Assembly: GCA_046759385.1 (NCBI GenBank)
Contig: JBHICC010000003.1
Span: 11,380 to 75,379 of the forward strand
Length of the DNA stretch: 64,000 nucleotides
Direction of reading: 5' to 3'
Source: Acidiferrobacterales bacterium
GTDB taxonomy: Bacteria; Pseudomonadota; Gammaproteobacteria; Acidiferrobacterales; SPGG2
Made by a program: the position numbers and the translations under genes. Under the pieces are notes generated by a model, which saw nothing but the letters and a program-made list of their open reading frames with translations, did not search any database and had not been told where the DNA came from. Each line of letters starts with the position of its first letter. Positions within the stretch are counted from its first letter, which is position 1. Below, piece by piece: positions 11,062 to 21,066 of the stretch.

Positions 11062-13095
11062 ATGGCAAAAATAAAACGAACGATCTTAGCGACCAGTGCC
11101 TTACCCTACGCTAACGGGTCGATCCATGTGGGGCATCTGGTCGAGTACATACAGAGCGACATCTGGGTGCGCTTCCAGAAAATGCGGGGGCACGACTGCA
11201 TCTATGTCTGCGCCGACGATGCACACGGCACGCCGATCATGGTTCGAGCCCAGAATGAGGGCATCACCCCTGACGAGTTGGTCGAGTACTTCGGGCGTGA
11301 GCACCAGGCTGACTTCGCCGAATTTGCGGTCGAGTTCGACAACTACTACACAACGCACTCGGAAGAAAACCGCAAACTGTCCAGTTTGATCTATGAGCGG
11401 CTTAAAGCCGGTGGCCATATCAGCTCACGTGTAATCGAGCAGGCCTACGACCCGATCAAGAATATGTTCCTGCCCGACCGCTTTATCAAGGGCGAATGCC
11501 CGCGCTGCGGGGCCCCTGACCAGTATGGGGACAGCTGCGAGGTCTGCGGGGCAACGTATACACCGATAGAACTCAAGAACCCCGTGTCGGCAATCTCGGG
11601 TGCTAAACCGATCTACAAGGAGTCTGAGCACTACTTCTTTAAGTTGCAAAACTTCGAACCGATGCTACGCGCGTGGACCCGCGGCGGGTCACTGCAGCCC
11701 GAGGTAGTCAACAAACTCGATGAATGGTTCAGCGAGGGGTTACGCGAATGGGATATCAGTCGCGATGCGCCTTATTTCGGCTTTGAGATCCCGGATGCCC
11801 CGGGGAAGTATTTTTACGTCTGGCTTGATGCGCCGATCGGCTACATGGCAAGCTTCAAAAACCTGTGCGAGCGAGAAGGACTAGATTTCGATGCCTACTG
11901 GGCTAAGGACAGCAAGACTGAAGTCTACCATTTCATCGGCAAAGATATTCTGTATTTCCACGCGCTATTCTGGCCGGCGATGCTAGCAGGTGCCGGCTTT
12001 CGCGCGCCAACGGCAATTTTCGCGCATGGATTCCTCACCGTGAACGGTGAGAAAATGTCTAAGTCTCGGGGTACGTTCATCACCGCACGAACGTATCTCG
12101 AACACTTGAACCCCGAGTACCTGCGCTACTACTTCGCGGCCAAGCTAAACAACCGTGTCGAGGACATCGATCTTAATCTCGATGACTTCGTCGCTCGAGT
12201 AAACGCTGATCTCATCGGCAAGCTGGTCAACATCGCGAGCCGCTGCGCCGGTTTTATCAACACACATTTCAATGGAAGACTCGCCCCTGCACTCCCGGAC
12301 GCGACGCTCTACCAGCGCTTTATCGATGCCGGCGAAACGATTGCTGCGTATTACGACGCACGCGAGTACAGTCGTGCGATACGCGAGATCATGGCACTCG
12401 CTGATGAAGCCAATCAGTACATCAACGAACGCCAGCCCTGGGTCGTTGCGAAAGAGGCCGGACGCGAGAAAGAGCTTCAGGGCATTTGCACTCAAGGGCT
12501 TAATTTCTTTCGCGTGCTCATAGGGTATCTCAAGCCAGTGCTACCGGTAACAGCGGCCAAGGCCGAAGCGTTTCTCGATACCGCGCCCATGACTTGGGCG
12601 GCTTGTAGTAAACCGCTTATAGGCCACAACATTAAACCGTTTAGACATTTGTTGACGCGCGTTGACCCGAAGGCCATCAGTGCATTGATCAACGCTGCCA
12701 AAGAGGAGCTAGGAACCATGGAGAAAAGGAACACACACGGGGGGGCACTCGTGGACGAACCCATTGCAGACGAAATTACATACGAGGATTTCGCCAAGGT
12801 TGATTTGCGAATCGCCCGAATTGCCGCCGCGCGCCATGTCGAGGGTGCGGACAAGCTGCTCGAGTTAACGCTTGATCTAGGTGGGGAAACGCGGACAGTG
12901 TTTGCCGGAATCAAGGAAGCTTACGCGCCTGAGGATCTCGAAGGGCGTTTGACCGTAATGGTCGCTAATCTAGCACCTCGCAAGATGCGTTTCGGTGTTT
13001 CCCAAGGTATGGTTCTCGCTGCCGGGCCTGGCGGTAAAGAGCTTTGGCTGCTTTCCGCCGATGACGGGGTACCAGCGGGTTCACGGATCACCTAA
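11062..13095 (+). CDS. metG: methionine-tRNA ligase
   Basis: HIGH-type motif (SIHVGHL), KMSKS, and Zn knuckles [19 protein letters not shown]-terminal tRNA-binding domain. Confidence 0.95.
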   Translation: MAKIKRTILATSALPYANGSIHVGHLVEYIQSDIWVRFQKMRGHDCIYVCADDAHGTPIMVRAQNEGITPDELVEYFGREHQADFAEFAVEFDNYYTTHSEENRKLSSLIYERLKAGGHISSRVIEQAYDPIKNMFLPDRFIKGECPRCGAPDQYGDSCEVCGATYTPIELKNPVSAISGAKPIYKESEHYFFKLQNFEPMLRAWTRGGSLQPEVVNKLDEWFSEGLREWDISRDAPYFGFEIPDAPGKYFYVWLDAPIGYMASFKNLCEREGLDFDAYWAKDSKTEVYHFIGKDILYFHALFWPAMLAGAGFRAPTAIFAHGFLTVNGEKMSKSRGTFITARTYLEHLNPEYLRYYFAAKLNNRVEDIDLNLDDFVARVNADLIGKLVNIASRCAGFINTHFNGRLAPALPDATLYQRFIDAGETIAAYYDAREYSRAIREIMALADEANQYINERQPWVVAKEAGREKELQGICTQGLNFFRVLIGYLKPVLPVTAAKAEAFLDTAPMTWAACSKPLIGHNIKPFRHLLTRVDPKAISALINAAKEELGTMEKRNTHGGALVDEPIADEITYEDFAKVDLRIARIAAARHVEGADKLLELTLDLGGETRTVFAGIKEAYAPEDLEGRLTVMVANLAPRKMRFGVSQGMVLAAGPGGKELWLLSADDGVPAGSRIT

Positions 13096-13099
13096 AACA

Positions 13100-13780
13100 A
13101 TGAACACCGATCGCACGCAAGCGTTAGCAGAGCGCATCGACCACTGGTTGCCGCAGACACAATGCACGCAGTGCGGCTATCCCCGCTGCCGACTCTACGC
13201 AGACGCGGTAGCGCGCGGTGACGCCGACATTAACCGCTGTCCGCCTGGCGGCGAGAAAACAATCGAGCAGCTCGCGAGACTACTCAATGTGCCATCTAAG
13301 CCGCTTGACCCACATTATGGTGTGTATCAACCCCGGCTTGTTGCCGTTATCGATGAAAACACCTGCATAGGCTGTAAGCTTTGCATTCAAGCCTGTCCCG
13401 TTGACGCCATTCTCGGCACCGCCAAAAAGATGCACACTGTGATTGCGACTGAGTGTACCGGCTGTGAACTGTGTGTTCCGCCCTGCCCCGTAGCCTGCAT
13501 CGATATGGTACCGTTCCGCGCACAGGGAGCAACGGGCAACTGGCCGTGGCCGGACTATGCGTGGGAGCACGCGAATCGCGCACGCGATCGCGCACAGGCA
13601 CGGTTGCAGCGCCTAGCGCATCAAACACGCCAGGGACAGGGCAAGCTAACACGACCCAATGTTGCAAAGCCTACAGATCGCAAAAGCGAAAAGAACCAAG
13701 ACATAAGAGAAGAAATCAAAGCCGCTGTTCAACGCGTGCGTGCGAGAAAAGCGCGACAGAACGCAACATCTAAGACCTGA
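13100..13780 (+). CDS. RnfB/RsxB-like 4Fe-4S ferredoxin-type protein
   Basis: ORF 12995..13780 is over-extended into metG; ATG 13100 gives [30 protein letters not shown]. Two ferredoxin motifs: [12 protein letters not shown] and [12 protein letters not shown]. Basic C-terminal tail. Precedes nth. Confidence 0.8.
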   Translation: MNTDRTQALAERIDHWLPQTQCTQCGYPRCRLYADAVARGDADINRCPPGGEKTIEQLARLLNVPSKPLDPHYGVYQPRLVAVIDENTCIGCKLCIQACPVDAILGTAKKMHTVIATECTGCELCVPPCPVACIDMVPFRAQGATGNWPWPDYAWEHANRARDRAQARLQRLAHQTRQGQGKLTRPNVAKPTDRKSEKNQDIREEIKAAVQRVRARKARQNATSKT

Positions 13781-13830
13781 CGCCACACGTCTTGCTTTCA
13801 GATAACAGTCTGTCTCAGGAACACCTAACG

Positions 13831-14466
13831 ATGGATGCGGGGAAGCGCCGAAAAATCTTTCAGCGCCTAGAACGCGCGAATCCATCGCCCACCACGGAAC
13901 TGAAATACACCAGTCCGTTTCAGCTGCTAGTGGCCGTCATTCTCTCCGCCCAGGCCACGGATACCAGTGTCAATAGCGCGACGGCCGAGCTTTTTCGGAT
14001 CGCCCCAACACCGCAGACCATGCTTAAGCTCGGTGTAAGACGGCTCAAGCGCTACATCAAGGCCATCGGTCTCTATAACAGCAAAGCGGCAAACCTGATT
14101 AAGACGTCAAAAATTCTCGTTGAACAACACGGAGGGCAAGTACCACGCACGCGAAGCGCCCTCGAGTCACTGCCGGGCGTGGGCCGAAAAACAGCCAATG
14201 TAGTGCTTAATACGGCCTTCGGCGAACCTACCATCGCCGTCGATACACACATCTTTCGCGTGGCTAACCGAACGAAGCTCGCGCCTGGGAAAACGCCGCT
14301 TGCGGTGGAGCAGAATCTGCTCAAAGTCGTGCCTGCGCGGTATCGGCGACACGCGCATCATTGGCTAATCCTGCACGGGCGCTACGTGTGTATGGCCCGC
14401 AAACCTCAATGCGGGACCTGCGTGATCTATGATTTATGCGAATATAAGGATAAAGTAACTCTATGA
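13831..14466 (+). CDS. nth: endonuclease III
   Basis: HhH-GPD motif LPGVGRKTANVVL. C-terminal 4Fe-4S cluster loop CMARKPQCGTCVIYDLC. Start probably the internal ATG 13831 of ORF 13792..14466. Confidence 0.92.
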   Translation: MDAGKRRKIFQRLERANPSPTTELKYTSPFQLLVAVILSAQATDTSVNSATAELFRIAPTPQTMLKLGVRRLKRYIKAIGLYNSKAANLIKTSKILVEQHGGQVPRTRSALESLPGVGRKTANVVLNTAFGEPTIAVDTHIFRVANRTKLAPGKTPLAVEQNLLKVVPARYRRHAHHWLILHGRYVCMARKPQCGTCVIYDLCEYKDKVTL

Positions 14467-15566
14467 GTGCGCAGCACGTCGCCACAGGTCTCAGTCGTGG
14501 TGGCCGTACGTTGCCCGAACATGCATCGATCGCGGTTCACAAGGCCCTTGAACGTGCGCAACTCACCCGCGCCAATGGTGTTCTGCTGTTTCTTACACCG
14601 GATTTCGCAGTTAACCCCGAGCCCGCTTTGCGGGCGGCGGCACGCACCGCTGGCTGCACCCAAGTGGTGGGTTGTACCGGCGCGGGAGTGCTCACCGACC
14701 AGGAATGGGTGCTAGACAGCCCCGGCGCCGCCGCGATGATCTTCGGCGATCCCGTTCACCTAACGCTTCCTGCTGAGGCTAATCCGGAGCGACCGGTTTT
14801 GAGCTTGTGCACGCCTTCCGGCCTTACCGCCGATTGGCTAGATGTGCCCCCACTTCGCATTGGAGCGGTTTCGGCTGATCTTGACGGCGAAGGTCCGTTC
14901 AAGGTGTGGAGCGGCAGTCGTGTGGCCGAGGGCGGTTGTGTGGAGGTAGTCCTCGACAACGTCGAGGCAGCGATCAACGTTTCTCAAGGCATGCGTGCAT
15001 TGACTTCACCTATCGAAGTGGCCGAGGTCCAGGGCTACGACGTTTTGCGACTCGGAAATTATCCGGCGCTCAACGTCCTGGTCCAATCTTTGCCAGTCGG
15101 CGTGCGCAAGATGGATCGCATTCCGTTACACCTGATCATGGGTGGTGTAACCTTCGGCGATCCGCATACCGCGATTCGCGACGGCCGTTACCGACTGAAC
15201 CACATCGTCTCGGCTAACTTAAAGGACAAGTCGATCACATTGTCGCACCCACTAGACCGCGGCGAGCGGCTGTTTTGGGCCATACGGGATGCGCTTGCGG
15301 CGGAACGTGACACACGCGCTGCAATTGAAAGCAGCGCCCAGGTGCTCGGGGCACGACCTGACTTTGCCTTACTCTTCCCCTGCATGGGGCGCGGACCGAA
15401 TTTCTTCGGCAATCGTGACCGTGATTTCGAACTGCTGAAGGAGCGTTTCCCGGAATTGCCGTTTGTCGGGATCTACGGCAACGGCGAGATCGGACCGCTT
15501 GAAGACGCCAATTACTTGTATCAGTACTCGTTCGTGATGGGTCTGTTTCGGACCAGCACGGCCTAG
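14463..15566 (+). CDS. FIST-domain (FIST_N + FIST_C) putative sensor protein with no output domain
   Basis: Size and overall pattern match the FIST family from memory, with no sharp motif to cite. ATGA overlap with the nth stop. Confidence 0.6.
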   Translation: MSAQHVATGLSRGGRTLPEHASIAVHKALERAQLTRANGVLLFLTPDFAVNPEPALRAAARTAGCTQVVGCTGAGVLTDQEWVLDSPGAAAMIFGDPVHLTLPAEANPERPVLSLCTPSGLTADWLDVPPLRIGAVSADLDGEGPFKVWSGSRVAEGGCVEVVLDNVEAAINVSQGMRALTSPIEVAEVQGYDVLRLGNYPALNVLVQSLPVGVRKMDRIPLHLIMGGVTFGDPHTAIRDGRYRLNHIVSANLKDKSITLSHPLDRGERLFWAIRDALAAERDTRAAIESSAQVLGARPDFALLFPCMGRGPNFFGNRDRDFELLKERFPELPFVGIYGNGEIGPLEDANYLYQYSFVMGLFRTSTA

Positions 15567-15569
15567 TCC

Positions 15570-16001
15570 ATGCTTTTCGGAACTGAGCGCAAACAAATGC
15601 GCGATGTATTTTTCGACGCTTGGCGCAAACATCGCGAAGACCTGCCGCTTGAAGGGATCGACAAGGCGGTCGTTGATATCGCCCTACGTCACCCTGAATA
15701 CCATGCTGTGCTGGACCACCCCGAAGCCCATGTAGACCGTGACTATTTGCCTGACGCCGGCGAGACGAACCCGTTTCTTCACTTGGGCTTGCACGTGGCG
15801 ATTCACGAACAACTCAGCACCGATCGGCCTGCGGGTGTGCTTGGCGCGTATCATCGCTTGCTTGCCCGACTCGATGACGCCCATGCCGTAGAACATCGCA
15901 TGATGGAATGTCTTGCCGAGTGGCTGTGGCAAGCACAACGACAGGCGGCCGAGTTACCAGAAACTGAATACCTCGATTGCCTCAATCGCCAGGCTCGATG
16001 A
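15570..16001 (+). CDS. DUF1841 family protein
   Basis: N-terminal …RDVFFDAWRKHRE…HPEYH… resembles DUF1841. Starts 3 nt after the FIST gene stop. Confidence 0.55.
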   Translation: MLFGTERKQMRDVFFDAWRKHREDLPLEGIDKAVVDIALRHPEYHAVLDHPEAHVDRDYLPDAGETNPFLHLGLHVAIHEQLSTDRPAGVLGAYHRLLARLDDAHAVEHRMMECLAEWLWQAQRQAAELPETEYLDCLNRQAR

Positions 16002-16197
16002 AACCTTCCCAGCTCGTGTGAGTCCTACCCTACATGCGGCTTGCGAGCCGATTGGCGTACACGAGCGATCCCGGGCTAAAACGCCACAAATAGTAAGCAA
16101 ACGCGTGATGGGCCCGTTTCCCTCAGCAGTAACTTATGGGATCATCCGCCGATTGCGGGCGCCGCTAAACGAAAAACATAAAGGAACAAGCACCAAC

Positions 16198-17190
16198 ATG
16201 CAGCGGGCAGTTGCAAAAGTACGTACGCCGGGACCCGACACATTCTTCACCACCCACCTTAATACCTTGGGTCTTGGACCGTTGCGGCGTACGGAATTGC
16301 GCGAATTGCAGATCAACGTCGGGCGGCTGTGCAACCAGGCTTGCAACCATTGCCACGTCGATGCCGGACCCAAGCGTACTGAGATCATGACGTGGGAAAC
16401 GATGGAACGAATTCTCGAATGGGCTCACCGTGCACGTATGTCAAAGGTCGATATTACCGGCGGTGCGCCTGAGATTAATCCTAATTTTCGCCGGTTTGTC
16501 GATCATTTCCAGGCGATGAACGCTCAAATCACGTCTCGCTGCAACCTTACGGTACTGTTCGAGCCCGGTCAGGAAGATCTAGCTGAGTGGTATGCCGAGC
16601 GACGCGTACGCCTGGTCTGCTCATTGCCCTGCTATAGCCGCAAGAACGTCGACGCGCAGCGCGGCAAGGGCGTGTTCGCCAAAAGCATCGGTGCCTTACG
16701 GCGACTTAATGCCTGCGGCTACGGAATCGACCAGGCACTCACGCTAGACCTGGTCTACAACCCTGGGGGCCCGACTCTGCCGCCGCCACAAATGCAGCTG
16801 GAAGAAGACTACAGAGCGCGACTACTCGAAGACTTTGGCATCCGCTTCAATCGCCTGCTAGCACTAACTAACCTCCCGATTAATCGTTTTGCACACTTTC
16901 TCGATCGCACTGGCCAGAGGGAATCCTACCAGCAGCTATTGATGGACAACTTTAATGCAGACACCGTGTCAGGTTTAATGTGTCGGTATCTGTTGAGTGT
17001 TGATTGGCTAGCGCGAGTATACGACTGCGACTTCAATCAGATGGTCGATCTTCCGCTTGGTGCCAAACGCCACCGCTACCTCTGGGATATTGATGCATCC
17101 AGCTTGGCAGACAGTGCGATCGGGGTCGGATCCCATTGCTTCGGCTGTACCGCTGGCAGCGGCAGCAGTTGCGGTGGCACGCTCGCGTAG
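16198..17190 (+). CDS. radical SAM / Cys-rich-domain protein (TIGR04167-like, 'ArsS'-type)
   Basis: CX3CX2C radical SAM motif (GRLCNQACNHCHV). Cys-rich C-terminus (…GSHCFGCTAGSGSSCGG). ORF 15913..17190 is over-extended; ATG 16198 is preceded by aaaggaac. Confidence 0.78.
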   Translation: MQRAVAKVRTPGPDTFFTTHLNTLGLGPLRRTELRELQINVGRLCNQACNHCHVDAGPKRTEIMTWETMERILEWAHRARMSKVDITGGAPEINPNFRRFVDHFQAMNAQITSRCNLTVLFEPGQEDLAEWYAERRVRLVCSLPCYSRKNVDAQRGKGVFAKSIGALRRLNACGYGIDQALTLDLVYNPGGPTLPPPQMQLEEDYRARLLEDFGIRFNRLLALTNLPINRFAHFLDRTGQRESYQQLLMDNFNADTVSGLMCRYLLSVDWLARVYDCDFNQMVDLPLGAKRHRYLWDIDASSLADSAIGVGSHCFGCTAGSGSSCGGTLA

Positions 17191-17217
17191 GCGAGTCCAG
17201 CAACGCTCTTGTTTGGG

Positions 17218-17868
17218 CTATGCCGAGCCCCTAAGCACGTGGTACAAGTGCTTGCGTAGTGGTTCGTATTCTTGGGCCACGAGCCAAAGTGCGTCGCCCG
17301 TATCGACGTCGCGAAGCTTGGGGAGCTGCTCAAACTCCATACCGAATTTGCGCGCTTGCACTAGGGTAGTCTGCAGCACACTAGCGCTGCCCCACTCGAT
17401 ATTGTCAAAAAGTCTGCTTGGCGCCTTCTGCAGCCCGATTAAGTAGTATCCGCCATCCTCGGTAGGTCCGATTACATTTTTACCGCTGGCCAGATGTTCG
17501 TGGGCGCGTTCAACGACTTCCCAGCGACATTGTGGAACGTCACAACCCATCACAGCGGCCGCGGAACCGCGAGAGATGCCTTCACGCAGCGCTTGCAACA
17601 TTCGCTTGCCGAGGTCTCCGCTGGTCTGGGAGGCTAGATGAACGCGAAACTCCTCTGCAAGTTCGTGGAAAAACGCGTGGTCCGCGTCTGGCACTCCGTA
17701 CAAATACACGCTGCTGGGCCAGCCGCTAACCGCGAGTTCGACGGTGGCACGGATCAGAAACTTTGCGATCTCGACGATTTGATCGGGATCGTAGTCAGGC
17801 TGCAGCCGCGTTTTGACCTGACCGAGGTTCGGCTGCTTAGCAAACAAAATGAGATCGGGCGACTTCAC
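17218..17868 (-). CDS. DUF2064 / TIGR04282-like glycosyltransferase-fold protein
   Basis: N-terminus LILFAKQPNLGQVKTRL is typical of DUF2064. Convergent with the radical SAM gene (27-nt spacer). Confidence 0.68.
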   Translation of the reverse strand: MKSPDLILFAKQPNLGQVKTRLQPDYDPDQIVEIAKFLIRATVELAVSGWPSSVYLYGVPDADHAFFHELAEEFRVHLASQTSGDLGKRMLQALREGISRGSAAAVMGCDVPQCRWEVVERAHEHLASGKNVIGPTEDGGYYLIGLQKAPSRLFDNIEWGSASVLQTTLVQARKFGMEFEQLPKLRDVDTGDALWLVAQEYEPLRKHLYHVLRGSA

Positions 17869-17869
17869 G

Positions 17870-18607
17870 TCATTTCCTGCCTCGGTAGAAACGCGCCAAC
17901 CAATCCGGTGAAGCGCCTAGCCAATACAGCAGGCGCAACCACCACATCAGTAACACCGTGCGAACGACACCGTTTTTTCGCCAGCGCCTGGTCGAGGTCG
18001 TTACGGTGTCGCGAACGCGGGCAGGTCGCTGCAACACCTTAAGTCGCCGGGACAGCTCGATATCCTCCATTAGACGAACCCGGGCATACCCGCCAAGTCG
18101 CTCGAAGAAGTCGCGCCGAACAAAAATGGCCTGATCCCCGGTGGCAATACCCGTCAGCGCCGAACGCCAGTTCATCAGCCGCTCGACGATTCGAAAGAGT
18201 ACACGCCTATCGTCAAGACGCACATCAAAGCGGCCCCATAAGGATCCACGCGTTACCGCCCAGCGCACGCGCTCAGCAGCTTCGCTGGGCAACGTTGTGT
18301 CAGCATGCAAGAAAAGCAGTATGTCCGAACTCGCCTCGCAGGCACCTGCGTTCATCTGCGATGCCCGCCCGATTGGTGCTTCAAGCAAGCGAAACACAGG
18401 GCCATTGCGCATGTCATGACGGCTTGTGAACTCGCGCACGATATCGAGAGTAGGGTCCTGGCTACCGCCATCGACGACGATTACCTCTTGAAAGACCTGT
18501 CGTTGAGTCAGCTCGGCTAGACACTGCTCGATCCCAGCAGCTTCGTTGAGAACTGGCATGACGATGCCGATCGTCGGGGCGGGTTTGTGGTCCGCGTTCT
18601 CACTCAT
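17870..18607 (-). CDS. family-2 glycosyltransferase (TIGR04283-like)
   Basis: IGIVMPVLNEAAGIEQCL…VIVVDGGSQD is a GT-A/GT2 signature. 1-nt gap to the DUF2064 gene. Confidence 0.75.
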   Translation of the reverse strand: MSENADHKPAPTIGIVMPVLNEAAGIEQCLAELTQRQVFQEVIVVDGGSQDPTLDIVREFTSRHDMRNGPVFRLLEAPIGRASQMNAGACEASSDILLFLHADTTLPSEAAERVRWAVTRGSLWGRFDVRLDDRRVLFRIVERLMNWRSALTGIATGDQAIFVRRDFFERLGGYARVRLMEDIELSRRLKVLQRPARVRDTVTTSTRRWRKNGVVRTVLLMWWLRLLYWLGASPDWLARFYRGRK

Positions 18608-18692
18608 CGACGGATGTGCCCGCCGTCGCTAGAAAGTACTACCGCACAAGCCGCTCGCAGCTGGCATTACGAGATCTGATTGGCGTTACACT

Positions 18693-19907
18693 TCAGCGAG
18701 GCCTTCTTCTAGCCGCGATGCGCATGCGCAGTGCGTTGAGCTTGATGAAACCCTCAGCTTGACCCTGATCGTAAGCGCCCGCATCCTCATCGAACGTAAC
18801 AACATCTGCATCGAATAGGCTATCTCTGTCCGAACGCCTTCCCACGACCGCGACATTACCTTTATGAAGTTTCAATCGCACCTGCCCGTTTACCGAGGTT
18901 TGCGATGCATCAATGGCCACCTGTAGCATGTTGCGTTCCGGACTCCACCAATAGCCGTTATAGATTAGGCTCGCATAGCGCGGCATGACTTCGTCCTTAA
19001 GGTGCGCTGCCTCGCGATCCAGGGTGATAGATTCCATCGCCCGATGCGCTTTCAACAAAATCGTTCCACCGGGTGTCTCGTAACAGCCGCGCGATTTCAT
19101 ACCCACATAGCGGTTCTCGACGATGTCGGCACGACCGATTCCATGGCGCCCGCCGAGCTCGTTGAGTTCAGTCAAAAGCCGCGCTGGCGTCAGCGACCTG
19201 CCGTCAATGGCCACGGGGTCACCTCGCGCAAAAGCAATCTCTGTGTACACGGGCTTGTCTGGGGCCTCTTCTGAGGCGGCAGTTCGCGACCATATGGATG
19301 CTTCAGGCTCAACCCAAGGATCCTCCAAAGGGCCACCTTCATAGGAAATGTGCAGAAGGTTGGCGTCCATGGAATAAGGTGAGTCGCTCCCGCGTTTCTT
19401 TTCGACTGGAATATCATGCCGCTCTGCGTAGGCTAGGAGCTTCTCGCGTGAGGTCAGATCCCACTCGCGCCATGGCGCGATGACACGAATATCGGGGTTC
19501 AGCGCATAGGCAGCTAGTTCAAAACGCACTTGATCGTTACCCTTGCCGGTCGCGCCGTGAGCAATCGCATCTGCACCGGTCTCACGTGCAATCTCAATCA
19601 GCCGTTTGGCGATGAGGGGACGAGCAATCGCTGTGCCGAGCAGATACTCACCTTCATAAACGGTGTTGGCACGGAACATAGGAAAGACAAAGTCTTTAAC
19701 GAACTCCTCTTGTAGATCCTCGATGTAAATCTCGTGCACACCCAGCCGTTCCGCCTTGGCACGTGCTGGCTCAAGCTCCTCGCCTTGTCCAATGTCAGCA
19801 GTAAACGTGACGATCTCGCATTGATATGTCTCTTGAAGCCATTTCAAGATGACCGAGGTATCCAAGCCGCCCGAATACGCGAGTACAACTTTGCGGATGT
19901 CAGTCAT
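18693..19907 (-). CDS. argG: argininosuccinate synthase
   Basis: [19 protein letters not shown]-loop. ORF 18693..20111 is over-extended by 68 codons; the conserved start is ATG 19907. Confidence 0.95.
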   Translation of the reverse strand: MTDIRKVVLAYSGGLDTSVILKWLQETYQCEIVTFTADIGQGEELEPARAKAERLGVHEIYIEDLQEEFVKDFVFPMFRANTVYEGEYLLGTAIARPLIAKRLIEIARETGADAIAHGATGKGNDQVRFELAAYALNPDIRVIAPWREWDLTSREKLLAYAERHDIPVEKKRGSDSPYSMDANLLHISYEGGPLEDPWVEPEASIWSRTAASEEAPDKPVYTEIAFARGDPVAIDGRSLTPARLLTELNELGGRHGIGRADIVENRYVGMKSRGCYETPGGTILLKAHRAMESITLDREAAHLKDEVMPRYASLIYNGYWWSPERNMLQVAIDASQTSVNGQVRLKLHKGNVAVVGRRSDRDSLFDADVVTFDEDAGAYDQGQAEGFIKLNALRMRIAARRRPR

Positions 19908-20305
19908 TAGTCGAATATCAGAGTTAAGAAAACCAAAGTATAGAGATATCCGACAAGCGTTTAAATCGCGAGATGATACTGTTCCCTCAGGCACACGGCC
20001 CCCGGCTGGCTGATTCCGAGTAGCATCGACGATGCTGAAATACACCGAGGCAACTTCTCTGAAATGACGTGACGCAATGCAAGCACGATCATTCGACCCG
20101 CCGGCACGCAATCAGCGGCTGCCCACCATGTCAACGGGTGTCACTCGCTTCTAACTTGGCGCGCAATCAGGCTCGCATGAGTATCGTCGCTGCTATCGAG
20201 GCGAAATGGATTGTCTTGAAATCGCATTGGTTCTGGCTTAGGCTAATGCCCGACAAAATCGGTCAAGAATTAGATAGCCGAATCGAAGGTCAAAGAGGAG
20301 CGCAC

Positions 20306-20404
20306 ATGAAGAATCCGCTTGATTCCATCGCTGGCACTATCATTTCTGGGTTGGTTCTGACCATCATCCTCTACTTTTTTGCCAAGGCTTTTTTGCCACT
20401 GTAA
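20306..20404 (+). CDS. possible 32-aa hydrophobic small protein
   Basis: ATG 20306 is preceded by agaggag with a 6-nt spacer. Product MKNPLDSIAGTIISGLVLTIILYFFAKAFLPL is a single TM helix. Lies 48 nt upstream of the next membrane-protein gene. Confidence 0.35.
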   Translation: MKNPLDSIAGTIISGLVLTIILYFFAKAFLPL

Positions 20405-20452
20405 ACCGCATCGGACCTTCACGACAAAAGAACCGGATAAGAGGATAGGCAT

Positions 20453-20950
20453 ATGGAACTCGTGATTGATCGCTGGATACACATCCTAGCGGGCATTACC
20501 TGGATTGGCCTTCTTTATTATTTCAACTTCGTCCAGGTTCCCGGTTTAGCACAGGCCAAGGCCGATGGGACGGCACCCGGTATTACGAAACATATAGCAC
20601 CGCGTGCGTTATTGTGGTTTCGTTGGGCGGCAGTGGTTACTTGGCTGTCTGGGGCGTACTACCTCATGCGTGGAGGGCACGGTTTCATGAATGCCGCGCT
20701 GCTTCAGGGCGCCGCGGCCTATATCGGTATTGGTGCTTGGCTCGGCACTATCATGCTGTTCAACGTCTGGGTCTTGATCTGGCCTAACCAGAAGAAAGTG
20801 CTCGGCTTAGTCGAAGCGACCGATGCAGAGAAGGCCAAGGCAGCACGGGTGGCGCTGCTAGCTTCTCGGACAAATACCATGTTGTCCATTCCTATGATCT
20901 TTTTTATGGTCATTGGTACGCACGCGCATCAATTTGGCATTTTCAGTTGA
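20453..20950 (+). CDS. conserved integral membrane protein (resembles the TM domain of PuuD-type urate hydroxylases); function unknown
   Basis: Four predicted TM helices. N-terminus WIHILAGITWIGLLYYFNFVQ. Family assignment is from memory only. Confidence 0.55.
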   Translation: MELVIDRWIHILAGITWIGLLYYFNFVQVPGLAQAKADGTAPGITKHIAPRALLWFRWAAVVTWLSGAYYLMRGGHGFMNAALLQGAAAYIGIGAWLGTIMLFNVWVLIWPNQKKVLGLVEATDAEKAKAARVALLASRTNTMLSIPMIFFMVIGTHAHQFGIFS

Positions 20951-21037
20951 CATCCCAGCGTACCGTACTAACCGCTGACCGCTTGGCACAACAATAATTA
21001 CAGTCTAGAATTTCGACCTTGCGAGGTTCAACGACGG

Positions 21038-21066
21038 CGCCCTGCCCGCAGGGCGTTTAGTTTTTT
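21038..21066 (+). terminator. rho-independent terminator-like hairpin abutting the argD start
   Basis: Stem cgccctgc/gcagggcg (21038-21055) followed by tttagtttttt, ending at 21066. argD ATG is at 21067. Confidence 0.5.

Noticed and set aside
20984-21000. TGGCAC-N5 motif as a possible sigma-54 promoter upstream of argD
   Set aside because: The -12 region reads TAATT and lacks the obligatory GC dinucleotide. No sigma-54 promoter was seen upstream of rtcB either.
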